Below, piece by piece: positions 28,001-42,289 of a DNA stretch of 64,000 bases. This DNA is from Eledone cirrhosa. Its lineage: Eukaryota. The notes beneath the pieces are model-generated. The model saw only the letters and a program-made list of their open reading frames with translations. It was not told the DNA's origin and searched no databases. Each line of letters begins with the position of its first letter. The first letter of the stretch is position 1. The translations under genes and the position numbers were made by a program. The stretch spans positions 1,302,001 to 1,366,000 of the forward strand of contig OZ024741.1 of the NCBI GenBank assembly GCA_964016885.1, read 5' to 3'.

Positions 28001-31000
28001 GATTATTAAAGGTAACATCTCCTACCTACAGATAGATTATTAAAGGTAACATCTCCTAAATACAGATAGATTATTAAAGGTAACATCTACCTACAGATAG
28101 ATTATTAAAGGTAACATCTCCTACCTACAGATAGATTATTAAAGGTAACATCTCCTACCTACAGATAGATTATTAAAGGTAACATCTACCTACAGATAGA
28201 TTATTAAAGGTAACATCTACCTACAGATAGATTATTAAAGGTAACATCTCCTACCTACAGATAGATTATTAAAGGTAACATCTCCTGCCTTACAGATAGA
28301 TTATTAAAGGTAACATCTACCTACAGATAGATTATTAAAGGTAACATCTACCTACAGATAGATTATTAAAGGTAACATCTCCTACCTACAGATAGATTAT
28401 TAAAGACAACATCTCCTACCTACAGATAGATTATTAAAGGTAACATCTCCTAATTACAGATAGATTATTAAAGACAACATCTCCTACCTAAAGATAGATT
28501 ATTAAACGTAACATCTCCTACCTACAGATAGATTATAAAAGGTAACATCTCCTACCTACAGATAGATTATTAAAGGTAACATCTACCTACAGATAGATGA
28601 TTAAACTTAACATCTCCTACCTACAGATAGATTATTAAAGGTAACATCTAACTACAGATAGATTATTAAAGGTAACATCTCCTACCTACAGATAGATTAT
28701 TAAAGGTAACATCTACTACCTACAGATAGATTATTAAAGGTAACATCTCCTACCTACAGATAGATTATTAAAGGTAACATCTCCTACCTACAGATAGATT
28801 ATTAAAGGTAACATCTCCCACCTACAGATAGATTATTAAAGGTAACATCTACCTACAGATAGATTATTAAAAGTAACATCTCCTACCTACAGATAGATTA
28901 TTAAAGGTAACATCTACCTACAAATAGATTATTAAAGGTAACATCTCCTATCTACAGATAGATTATTAAAGGTAACATCTCCTACCTACAGATAGATTAT
29001 TAAAGGTAACATCTCCTACCTACAGATAGATTATTAAAGGTAACATCTACCTACAGATAGATTATTAAAGACAACATCTCCTACCTACAGATAGATTATT
29101 AAAGGTAACATCTACCTACAGATAGATTATTAAAGGTAACCCCTCCTACCTACAGATAGATTATTAAAGGTAACATCTACCTACATATAGATTATTAAAG
29201 ACAACATCTCCTACCTACAGATAGATTATTAAAGGTAACATCTACCTACAGATAGATTATTAAAGGCAACATCTCCTATCTACAGATAGATTATTAAAAA
29301 CAACATCTCCTACCTACAGATAGATTATTAAATGTAACATCTAACTACAGATAGATTATTTAAGGTAACATCTCCTACCTACAAATAGATTATTAAAGGT
29401 AACAACTCCTACCTACAGATAGATTATTAAAGGTAACATCTCCTACCTACAGATAGATTATTAAAGGTAACATCTACCTACAGATAGATTGTTAAAGGTA
29501 ACATCTACCTACAGATAGATTATTAAAGATAACATCTCCTAACTACAGATAGATTATTAAAGGTAACATCTACCTACAGATAGACTATTAAAGGTAACAT
29601 CTACCTACAGATAGAATATTAAAGGTAACATCTCCTACCTACAGATAGATTAATAAAAGTAACATCTACCTACAGACAGATTATTAAAGGCAACATCTCC
29701 TACCTACAGATAGATTAATAAAAGTAACATCTCCTACCTACAGATAGATTATTAAAGGTAACATCTACCTACAGATAGAATATTAAAGGTAACATCTCCT
29801 ACCAACAGATAGATTATTAAAGGTAACATCTACCTACAGATAGATTATTAAAGGTAACATCTACCTACAGATAGATTATTAAAGATAACATCTCCTAACT
29901 ACAGATAGATTATTAAAGGTAACATCTACCTACAGATAGACTATTAAAGGTAATAACTACCTACAGATAGAATATTAAAGGTAACATCTCCTACCTACAG
30001 ATAGATTAATAAAAGTAACATCTACCTACAGATAGATTATTAAAGGCAACATCTCCTACCTACAGATAGATTAATAAAAGTAACATCTCCTACCTACAGA
30101 TAGATTATTAAAGGTAACATCTACCTACAGATAGAATATTAAAGGTAACATCTCCTACCAACAGATAGATTATTAAAGGTAACATCTACCTACAGATAGG
30201 TTATTAAAGGTAACATCTACCTACAGATAGATTATTCAAGGTAACATCTCCTACCTACAGATAGATTATTAAAGGTAACATCTCCTACCTACAGATAGAT
30301 TATTAAAGGTAACATCTCCTACCTACAGATAGATTATTAAAGGTAACATCTACTTACAGATAGATTATTAAAGACAACATCTCCTGCAGATAGATTATTA
30401 AAGGTAACATCTCCTACCTACAGATAGATTATTAAAGGTAACATCTCCTAAATACAGATAGATTATTAAAGGTAACATCTACCTACAGATAGATTATTAA
30501 AGGTAACATCTCCTACCTACAGATAGATTATTAAAGGTAACATCTCCTACCTACAGATAGATTATTAAAGGTAACATCTACCTACAGATAGATTATTAAA
30601 GGTAACATCTACCTACAGATAGATTATTAAAGGTAACATCTCCTACCTACAGATAGATTATTAAAGGTAACATCTCCTGCCTTACAGATAGATTATTAAA
30701 GGTAACATCTACCTACAGATAGATTATTAAAGGTAACATCTACCTACAGATAGATTATTAAAGGTAACATCTCCTACCTACAGATAGATTATTAAAGACA
30801 ACATCTCCTACCTACAGATAGATTATTAAAGGTAACATCTCCTAATTACAGATAGATTATTAAAGACAACATCTCCTACCTAAAGATAGATTATTAAACG
30901 TAACATCTCCTACCTACAGATAGATTATAAAAGGTAACATCTCCTACCTACAGATAGATTATTAAAGGTAACATCTACCTACAGATAGATGATTAAACTT

Positions 31001-31090
31001 AACATCTCCTACCTACAGATAGATTATTAAAGGTAACATCTAACTACAGATAGATTATTAAAGGTAACATCTCCTACCTACAGATAGATT
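25020..31090. repeat. Tandem block duplication, offset 3018-3052 bp
   Basis: Private ACCCCTCC at 26121/29139 (3018); GCCTTA 25269/28287 (3018) and 27627/30679 (3052); PstI 27332/30384 (3052). The 34-bp shift equals one monomer indel. Confidence 0.8.
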
Positions 31091-32680
31091 ATTAAAGGTA
31101 ACATCTACTACCTACAGATAGATTATTAAAGGTAACATCTCCTACCTACAGATAGATTATTAAAGGTAACATCTCCCACCTACAGATAGATTATTAAAGG
31201 TAACATCTACCTACAGATAGATTATTAAAAGTAACATCTCCTACCTACAGATAGATTATTAAAGGTAACATCTACCTACAAATAGATTATTAAAGGTAAC
31301 ATCTCCTATCTACAGATAGATTATTAAAGGTAACATCTCCTACCTACAGATAGATTATTAAAGGTAACATCTCCTACCTACAGATAGATTATTAAAGGTA
31401 ACATCTACCTACAGATAGATTATCAAAGACAACATCTCCTACCTACAGATAGATTATTAAAGGTAACATCTACCTACAGATAGATTATTAAAGGTAACAT
31501 CTCCTACCTACAGATAGATTATTAAAGGTAACATCTACCTACATATAGATTATTAAAGACAACATCTCCTACCTACAGATAGATTATTAAAGGTAACATC
31601 TACCTACAGATAGATTATTAAAGGCAACATCTCCTATCTACAGATAGATTATTAAAAACAACATCTCCTACCTACAGATAGATTATTAAATGTAACATCT
31701 AACTACAGATAGATTATTTAAGGTAACATCTCCTACCTACAGATAGATTATTAAAGGTAACATCTCCTACCTACAGATAGATTATTAAAGGTAACATCTA
31801 CCTACAGATAGATTGTTAAAGGTAACATCTACCTACAGATAGTTTATTAAAGATAACATCTCCTAACTACAGATAGATTATTAAAGGTAACATCTACCTA
31901 CAGATAGACTATTAAAGGTAACATCTACCTACAGATAGAATATTAAAGGTAACATCTCCTACCTACAGATAGATTAATAAAAGTAACATCTACCTACAGA
32001 CAGATTATTAAAGGCAACATCTCCTACCTACAGATAGATTAATAAAAGTAACATCTCCTACCTACAGATAGATTATTAAAGGTAACATCTACCTACAGAT
32101 AGAATATTAAAGGTAACATCTCCTACCAACAGATAGATTATTAAAGGTAACATCTACCTACAGATAGGTTATTAAAGGTAACATCTACCTACAGATAGAT
32201 TATTCAAGGTAACATCTCCTACCTACAGATAGATTATTAAAGGTAACATCTCCTAGCTACAGATAGATTATTAAAGGTAACATCTCCTACCAACAGATAG
32301 ATTATTAAAGGTAACATCTACTTACAGATAGATTATTAAAGACAACATCTCCTGCAGATAGATTATTAAAGGTAACATCTCCTACCTACAGATAGATTAT
32401 TAAAGGTAACATCTCCTAAATACAGATAGATTATTAAAGGTAACATCTATCTACAGATAGATTATTAAAGGTAACATCTCCTACCTACACATAGATTATT
32501 AAAGGTAACATCTCCTACCTACAGATAGATTATTAAAGGTAACATCTCCTACCTACAGATAGATTATTAAAGGTAACATCTACCTACAGATAGATTATTA
32601 AAGGTAACATCTACCTACAGATAGATTATTAAAGGTAACATCTCCTACCTACAGATAGATTATTAAAGGTAACATCTCCT
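25251..32680. repeat. HOR domain 2: ~2.0-2.4-kb unit = domain 1 unit plus an extra variant module
   Basis: An ordered module (CTCCTGCCTTACAG, CCTAATTACAG, CCTAAAGAT, AAACGTAAC, GATGATTAAACTT) first appears at ~25,269 and again at ~27,627, 28,287 and 30,679. PstI-monomer spacings here are 2358, 3052 and 1968. Confidence 0.8.
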
Positions 32681-35319
32681 ACATACATATAGATTATTAA
32701 ATGTAACACCTCCTACCTACAGATAGATTATTAAAGGTAACATCTACTACCTACGGATAGATTATTAAAGACAACATCTCCTACCTACAGATAGATTATT
32801 AAAGGTAACATCTCCTACCTACAGATAGATTATTAAAAGTAACATCTCCTACCTACAGATAGATCATTAAAGGTAACATCTACCTACCTACAGAGAGATT
32901 ATTAAAGGTAACATCTACCTACAGATAGATTATTAAAGGTAACATCTAGCTACCTACAGATAGATTATTAAAGGCAACATCTCCTACAGATAGATTATTA
33001 AAGACAACTTCCCCTACCTACAGATAGATTATTTAAGGTAACATCTCCTACCTACAGATAGATTATTAAAGGTAACATCTCCTACCTACAGATAGATTAT
33101 TAAATGTAACATCTACCTACCTACAGATAGATTATAAAAGACAACATCTCCTACCTACAGATAGATTGTTAAAGGTACCATCTACCTACAGATACATTAT
33201 TAAAGGTAACATCTCCTACCTACACATAGATTATTAAAGATAACATCTACTACCTACAGTTAGATTATTAAAGGTAACATCTATCTACAGATAGATTATT
33301 AAAGGTAACATCTCCTACCTGCAGATAGATTATTAAAGGTAACATCTACTACCTACAGATAGATTATTAAAGGTAACATCTCCTACCTACAGATAGATTA
33401 TTAAAGGTAACATCTCCTACCTACAGATAGATTATTAAAGGTAACATCTCCTACCTACAGATAGATTATTAAAGGTAACATCTACCTACAAATAGATTAT
33501 TAAAGGTAACATCTCCTACCTGCAGATAGATTATTAAAGGTAACATCTCCTACCTACAGATAGACTATTAAAGGTAACATCTACCTACAGATAGATTATT
33601 AAAGGTAACATCTCCTACCTACAGATAGATTATTAAAGGTAACATCTACCTACAGATAGATTATTAAAAGTAACATCTCCTACCTACAGATAGATTATTA
33701 AAGGTAACATCTACCTACAGATAGATTATTAAAGGTAACATCTCCTATCTACAGATAGATTATTAAAGGTAACATCTCCTACCTACAGATAGATTATTAA
33801 AGGTAACATCTCCTACCTACAGATAGATTATTAAAGGTAACATCTACCTACAGATAGATTATTAAAGACAACATCTCCTACCTACAGATAGATTATTAAA
33901 GGTAACATCTACCTACAGATAGATTATTAAAGGTAACATCTCCTACCTACAGATAGATTATTAAAGGTAACATCTACCTACAGATAGATTATTAAAGGTA
34001 ACATCTCCTACCTACAGATAGATTATTAAAGGTAACATCTACCTACAGATAGATTATTAAAAGTAACATCTCCTACATACAGATAGATTATTAAAGGTAA
34101 CATCTACTACCTACAGATAGATTATTAAAGGTAACATCTCCTACCTACAGATAGATTATTAAAGGTAACATCTCCTACCTAAAGATAGATTATTAAAGGT
34201 AACATCTCCTACCTACAGATAGATTATTAAAGGTAACATCTACCTACAGATAGATTATTAAAGGTAACATCTCCTACCTACAGATAGATTATTAAAGGTA
34301 ACATCTACCTACAGATAGATTATTAAAGGTAACATCTACTACCTACAGATAGATTATTAAAGGTAACATCTCCTACCTACAGATAGATTATTAAAGGTAA
34401 CATCTCCTACCTACAGATAGATTATTAAAGGTAACATCTCCTACCTACAGATAGATTATTAAAGGTAACATCTACCTACAGATAGATTAGTAAAAACAAT
34501 ATCTCCTACCTACAGATAGATTATTAAAGGTAACATCTACCTACAGATAGATAATTAAAGGTAACATCTACCTACAGATAGATTATTAAAAGTAACATCT
34601 ACCTACAGATAGATTATTAAAGGTAACATCTACTACCTACAGATAGATTATTAAAGGTAACATCTCCTACCTACAGATAGATTATTAAAGGTAACATCTC
34701 CTACCTACAGATAGATTATTAAATGTAACATCTACCTACCTACAGATAGATTATAAAAGACAACATCTCCTACCTACAGATAGATTGTTAAAGGTACCAT
34801 CTACCTAGAGATACATTATTAAAGGTAACATCTCCTACCTACACATAGATTATTAAAGATAACATCTACTACCTACAGTTAGATTATTAAAGGTAACATC
34901 TATCTACAGATAGATTATTAAAGGTAACATCTCCTACCTGCAGATAGATTATTAAAGGTAACATCTACTACCTACAGATAGATTATTAAAGGTAACATCT
35001 CCTACCTACAGATAGATTATTAAAGGTAACATCTCCTACCTACAGATAGATTATTAAAGGTAACATCTCCTACCTACAGATAGATTATTAAAGGTAACAT
35101 CTACCTACAGATAGATTATTAAAGACAACATCTCCTACCTACAGATAGATTATTAAAGGTAACATCTACCTACAGATAGATTATTAAAGGTAACATCTCC
35201 TACCTACAGATAGATTATTAAAGGTAACATCTACCTACATATAGATTATTAAAGACAACATCTCCTACCTACAGATAGATTATTAAAGGTAACATCTACC
35301 TACAGATAGATTATTAAAG

Positions 35320-38300
35320 GTAACATCTCCTATCTACAGATAGATTATTAAAAACAACATCTCCTACCTACAGATAGATTATTAAATGTAACATCTAACT
35401 ACAGATAGATTATTTAAGGTAACATCTCCTACCTACAAATAGATTATTAAAGGTAACAACTCCTACCTACAGATAGATTATTAAAGGTAACATCTCCTAC
35501 CTACAGATAGATTATTAAAGGTAACATCTACCTACAGATAGATTGTTAAAGGTAACATCTACCTACAGATAGATTATTAAAGATAACATCTCCTAACTAC
35601 AGATAGATTATTAAAGGTAACATCTACCTACAGATAGACTATTAAAGGTAACATCTACCTACAGATAGAATATTAAAGGTAACATCTCCTACCTAGAGAT
35701 AGATTAATAAAAGTAACATCTACCTACAGATAGATTATTAAAGGCAACATCTCCTACCTACAGATAGATTAATAAAAGTAACATCTCCTACCTACAGATA
35801 GATTATTAAAGGTAACATCTACCTACAGATAGAATATTAAAGGTAACATCTCCTACCAACAGATAGATTATTAAAGGTAACATCTACCTACAGATAGGTT
35901 ATTAAAGGTAACATCTACCTACATATAGATTATTCAAGGTAACATCTCCTACCTACAGATAGATTATTAAAGGTAACATCTCCTACCTACAGATAGATTA
36001 TTAAAGGTAACATCTCCTACCTACAGATAGATTATTAAAGGTAACATCTACTTACAGATAGATTATTAAAGACAACATCTCCTGCAGATAGATTATTAAA
36101 GGTAACATCTCCTACCTACAGATAGATTATTAAAGGTAACATCTCCTAAATACAGATAGATTATTAAAGGTAACATCTACCTACAGATAGATTATTAAAG
36201 GTAACATCTCCTACCTACAGATAGATTATTAAAGGTAACATCTCCTACCTACAGATAGATTATTAAAGGTAACATCTCCTACCTACAGATAGATTATTAA
36301 AGGTAACATCTACCTACAGATAGATTATTAAAGGTAACATCTACCTACAGATAGATTATTAAAGGTAACATCTCCTACCTACAGATAGATTATTAAAGGT
36401 AACATCTCCTACATACAGATAGATTATTAAATGTAACACCTCCTACCTACAGATAGATTATTAAAGGTAACATCTACTACCTACGGATAGATTATTAAAG
36501 ACAACATCTCCTACCTACAGATAGATTATTAAAGGTAACATCTCCTACCTACAGATAGATTATTAAAAGTAACATCTCCTACCTACAGATAGATCATTAA
36601 AGGTAACATCTACCTACCTACAGAGAGATTATTAAAGGTAACATCTACCTACAGATAGATTATTAAAGGTAACATCTCCTATCTACAGATAGATTATTAA
36701 AAACAACATCTCCTACCTACAGATAGATTATTAAATGTAACATCTAACTACAGATAGATTATTTAAGGTAACATCTCCTACCTACAAATAGATTATTAAA
36801 GGTAACAACTCCTACCTACAGATAGATTATTAAAGGTAACATCTCCTACCTACAGATAGATTATTAAAGGTAACATCTACCTACAGATAGATTGTTAAAG
36901 GTAACATCTACCTACAGATAGATTATTAAAGATAACATCTCCTAACTACAGATAGATTATTAAAGGTAACATCTACCTACAGATAGACTATTAAAGGTAA
37001 CATCTACCTACAGATAGAATATTAAAGGTAACATCTCCTACCTAGAGATAGATTAATAAAAGTAACATCTACCTACAGATAGATTATTAAAGGCAACATC
37101 TCCTACCTACAGATAGATTAATAAAAGTAACATCTCCTACCTACAGATAGATTATTAAAGGTAACATCTACCTACAGATAGAATATTAAAGGTAACATCT
37201 CCTACCAACAGATAGATTATTAAAGGTAACATCTACCTACAGATAGGTTATTAAAGGTAACATCTACCTACAGATAGATTATTCAAGGTAACATCTCCTA
37301 CCTACAGATAGATTATTAAAGGTAACATCTCCTACCTACAGATAGATTATTAAAGGTAACATCTCCTACCTACAGATAGATTATTAAAGGTAACATCTAC
37401 TTACAGATAGATTATTAAAGACAACATCTCCTGCAGATAGATTATTAAAGGTAACATCTCCTAAATACAGATAGATTATTAAAGGTAACATCTACCTACA
37501 GATAGATTATTAAAGGTAACATCTCCTACCTACAGATAGATTATTAAAGGTAACATCTCCTACCTACAGATAGATTATTAAAGGTAACATCTCCTACCTA
37601 CAGATAGATTATTAAAGGTAACATCTACCTACAGATAGATTATTAAAGGTAACATCTACCTACAGATAGATTATTAAAGGTAACATCTCCTACCTACAGA
37701 TAGATTATTAAAGGTAACATCTCCTACATACAGATAGATTATTAAATATAACACCTCCTACCTACAGATAGATTATTAAAGGTAACATCTACTACCTACG
37801 GATAGATTATTAAAGACAACATCTCCTACCTACAGATAGATTATTAAAGGTAACATCTCCTACCTACAGATAGATTATTAAAAGTAACATCTCCTACCTA
37901 CAGATAGATCATTAAAGGTAACATCTACCTACCTACAGAGAGATTATTAAAGGTAACATCTACCTACAGATAGATTATTAAAGGTAACATCTAGCTACCT
38001 ACAGATAGATTATTAAAGGCAACATCTCCTACAGATAGATTATTAAAGACAACATCCCCTACCTACAGATAGATTATTTAAGGTAACATCTCCTACCTAC
38101 AGATAGATTATTAAAGGTAACATCTCCTACCTACAGATAGATTATTAAATGTAACATCTACCTACCTACAGATAGATTATAAAAGACAACATCTCCTACC
38201 TACAGATAGATTGTTAAAGGTACCATCTACCTACAGATACATTATTAAAGGTAACATCTCCTACCTACACATAGATTATTAAAGATAACATCTACTACCT

Positions 38301-41300
38301 ACAGTTAGATTATTAAAGGTAACATCTATCTACAGATAGATTATTAAAGGTAACATCTCCTACCTGCAGATAGATTATTAAAGGTAACATCTACTACCTA
38401 CAGATAGATTATTAAAGGTAACATCTCCTACCTACAGATAGATTATTAAAGGTAACATCTCCTACCTACAGATAGATTATTAAAGGTAACATCTCCTACC
38501 TACAGATAGATTATTAAAGGTAACATCTACCTACAAATAGATTATTAAAGGTAACATCTCCTACCTGCAGATAGATTATTAAAGGTAACATCTCCTACCT
38601 ACAGATAGACTATTAAAGGTAACATCTACCTACAGATAGATTATTAAAGGTAACATCTCCTACCTACAGATAGATTATTAAAGGTAACATCTACCTACAG
38701 ATAGATTATTAAAAGTAACATCTCCTACCTACAGATAGATTATTAAAGGTAACATCTACCTACAGATAGATTATTAAAGGTAACATCTCCTATCTACAGA
38801 TAGATTATTAAAGGTAACATCTCCTACCTACAGATAGATTATTAAAGGTAACATCTCCTACCTACAGATAGATTATTAAAGGTAACATCTACCTACAGAT
38901 AGATTATTAAAGACAACATCTCCTACCTACAGATAGATTATTAAAGGTAACATCTACCTACAGATAGATTATTAAAGGTAACATCTCCTACCTACAGATA
39001 GATTATTAAAGGTAACATCTCCTACCTACAGATAGATTATTAAAGGTAACATCTACCTACAGATAGATTATTAAAGGTAACATCTCCTACCTACAGATAG
39101 ATTATTAAAGGTAACATCTCCTACATACAGATAGATTATTAAATGTAACACCTCCTACCTACAGATAGATTATTAAAGGTAACATCTACTACCTACGGAT
39201 AGATTATTAAAGACAACATCTCCTACCTACAGATAGATTATTAAAGGTAACATCTCCTACCTACAGATAGATTATTAAAAGTAACATCTCCTACCTACAG
39301 ATAGATCATTAAAGGTAACATCTACCTACCTACAGAGAGATTATTAAAGGTAACATCTACCTACAGATAGATTATTAAAGGTAACATCTCCTATCTACAG
39401 ATAGATTATTAAAAACAACATCTCCTACCTACAGATAGATTATTAAATGTAACATCTAACTACAGATAGATTATTTAAGGTAACATCTCCTACCTACAAA
39501 TAGATTATTAAAGGTAACAACTCCTACCTACAGATAGATTATTAAAGGTAACATCTCCTACCTACAGATAGATTATTAAAGGTAACATCTACCTACAGAT
39601 AGATTGTTAAAGGTAACATCTACCTACAGATAGATTATTAAAGATAACATCTCCTAACTACAGATAGATTATTAAAGGTAACATCTACCTACAGATAGAC
39701 TATTAAAGGTAACATCTACCTACAGATAGAATATTAAAGGTAACATCTCCTACCTAGAGATAGATTAATAAAAGTAACATCTACCTACAGATAGATTATT
39801 AAAGGCAACATCTCCTACCTACAGATAGATTAATAAAAGTAACATCTCCTACCTACAGATAGATTATTAAAGGTAACATCTACCTACAGATAGAATATTA
39901 AAGGTAACATCTCCTACCAACAGATAGATTATTAAAGGTAACATCTAGCTACAGATAGGTTATTAAAGGTAACATCTACCTACAGATAGATTATTCAAGG
40001 TAACATCTCCTACCTACAGATAGATTATTAAAGGTAACATCTCCTACCTACAGATAGATTATTAAAGGTAACATCTCCTACCTACAGATAGATTATTAAA
40101 GGTAACATCTACTTACAGATAGATTATTAAAGACAACATCTCCTGCAGATAGATTATTAAAGGTAACATCTCCTAAATACAGATAGATTATTAAAGGTAA
40201 CATCTACCTACAGATAGATTATTAAAGGTAACATCTCCTACCTACAGATAGATTATTAAAGGTAACATCTCCTACCTACAGATAGATTATTAAAGGTAAC
40301 ATCTCCTACCTACAGATAGATTATTAAAGGTAACATCTACCTACAGATAGATTATTAAAGGTAACATCTACCTACAGATAGATTATTAAAGGTAACATCT
40401 CCTACCTACAGATAGATTATTAAAGGTAACATCTCCTACATACAGATAGATTATTAAATGTAACACCTCCTACCTACAGATAGATTATTAAAGGTAACAT
40501 CTAATACCTACGGATAGATTATTAAAGACAACATCTCCTACCTACAGATAGATTATTAAAGGTAACATCTCCTACCTACAGATAGATTATTAAAAGTAAC
40601 ATCTCCTACCTACAGATAGATCATTAAAGGTAACATCTACCTACCTACAGAGAGATTATTAAAGGTAACATCTACCTACAGATAGATTATTAAAGGTAAC
40701 ATCTAGCTACCTACAGATAGATTATTAAAGGCAACATCTCCTACAGATAGATTATTAAAGACAACATCCCCTACCTACAGATAGATTATTTAAGGTAACA
40801 TCTCCTACCTACAGATAGATTATTAAAGGTAACATCTCCTACCTACAGATAGATTATTAAATGTAACATCTACCTACCTACAGATAGATTATAAAAGACA
40901 ACATCTCCTACATACAGATAGATTGTTAAAGGTACCATCTACCTACAGATACATTATTAAAGGTAACATCTCCTACCTACACATAGATTATTAAAGATAA
41001 CATCTACTACCTACAGTTAGATTATTAAAGGTAACATCTATCTACAGATAGATTATTAAAGGTAACATCTCCTACCTGCAGATAGATTATTAAAGGTAAC
41101 ATCTACTACCTACAGATAGATTATTAAAGGTAACATCTCCTACCTACAGATAGATTATTAAAGGTAACATCTCCTACCTACAGATAGATTATTAAAGGTA
41201 ACATCTCCTACCTACAGATAGATTATTAAAGGTAACATCTACCTACAAATAGATTATTAAAGGTAACATCTCCTACCTGCAGATAGATTATTAAAGGTAA

Positions 41301-41440
41301 CATCTCCTACCTACAGATAGACTATTAAAGGTAACATCTACCTACAGATAGATTATTAAAGGTAACATCTCCTACCTACAGATAGATTATTAAAGGTAAC
41401 ATCTACCTACAGATAGATTATTAAAAGTAACATCTCCTAC
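35320..41440. repeat. Nested tandem duplications, offsets 1349 and 2712 bp
   Basis: Private CCTAGAGATAGATTAAT at 35696, 37045 and 39757 (offsets 1349, 2712). PstI at 36082, 37431, 40143. KpnI 38219/40931 (2712). Confidence 0.8.
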
Positions 41441-42289
41441 CTACAGATAGATTATTAAAGGTAACATCTCCTACCTACAGATAGATTATTAAAGGTAACA
41501 TCTCCTACCTACAGATAGATTATTAAAGGTAACATCTACCTACAGATAGATTATTAAAGGTAACATCTCCTATCTACAGATAGATTATTAAAGGTAACAT
41601 CTCCTACCTACAGATAGATTATTAAAGGTAACATCTCCTACCTACAGATAGATTATTAAAGGTAACATCTACCTACAGATAGATTATTAAAGACAACATC
41701 TCCTACCTACAGATAGATTATTAAAGGTAACATCTACCTACAGATAGATTATTAAAGGTAACATCTCCTACCTACAGATAGATTATTAAAGGTAACATCT
41801 ACCTACAGATAGATTATTAAAGGTAACATCTCCTACCTACAGATAGATTATTAAAGGTAACATCTACCTACAGATAGATTATTAAAAGTAACATCTCCTA
41901 CATACAGATAGATTATTAAAGGTAACATCTACTACCTACAGATAGATTATTAAAGGTAACATCTCCTACCTACAGATAGATTATTAAAGGTAACATCTCC
42001 TACCTAAAGATAGATTATTAAAGGTAACATCTCCTACCTACAGATAGATTATTAAAGGTAACATCTACCTACAGATAGATTATTAAAGGTAACATCTCCT
42101 ACCTACAGATAGATTATTAAAGGTAACATCTACCTACAGATAGATTATTAAAGGTAACATCTACTACCTACAGATAGATTATTAAAGGTAACATCTCCTA
42201 CCTACAGATAGATTATTAAAGGTAACATCTCCTACCTACAGATAGATTATTAAAGGTAACATCTCCTACCTACAGATAGATTATTAAAG

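Noticed and set aside
27380-28700. Independent 660-bp tandem duplication
   Set aside because: It is explained more simply as the junction by-product of the 3018-bp duplication of a segment spanning one 2358-bp unit plus 660 bp.
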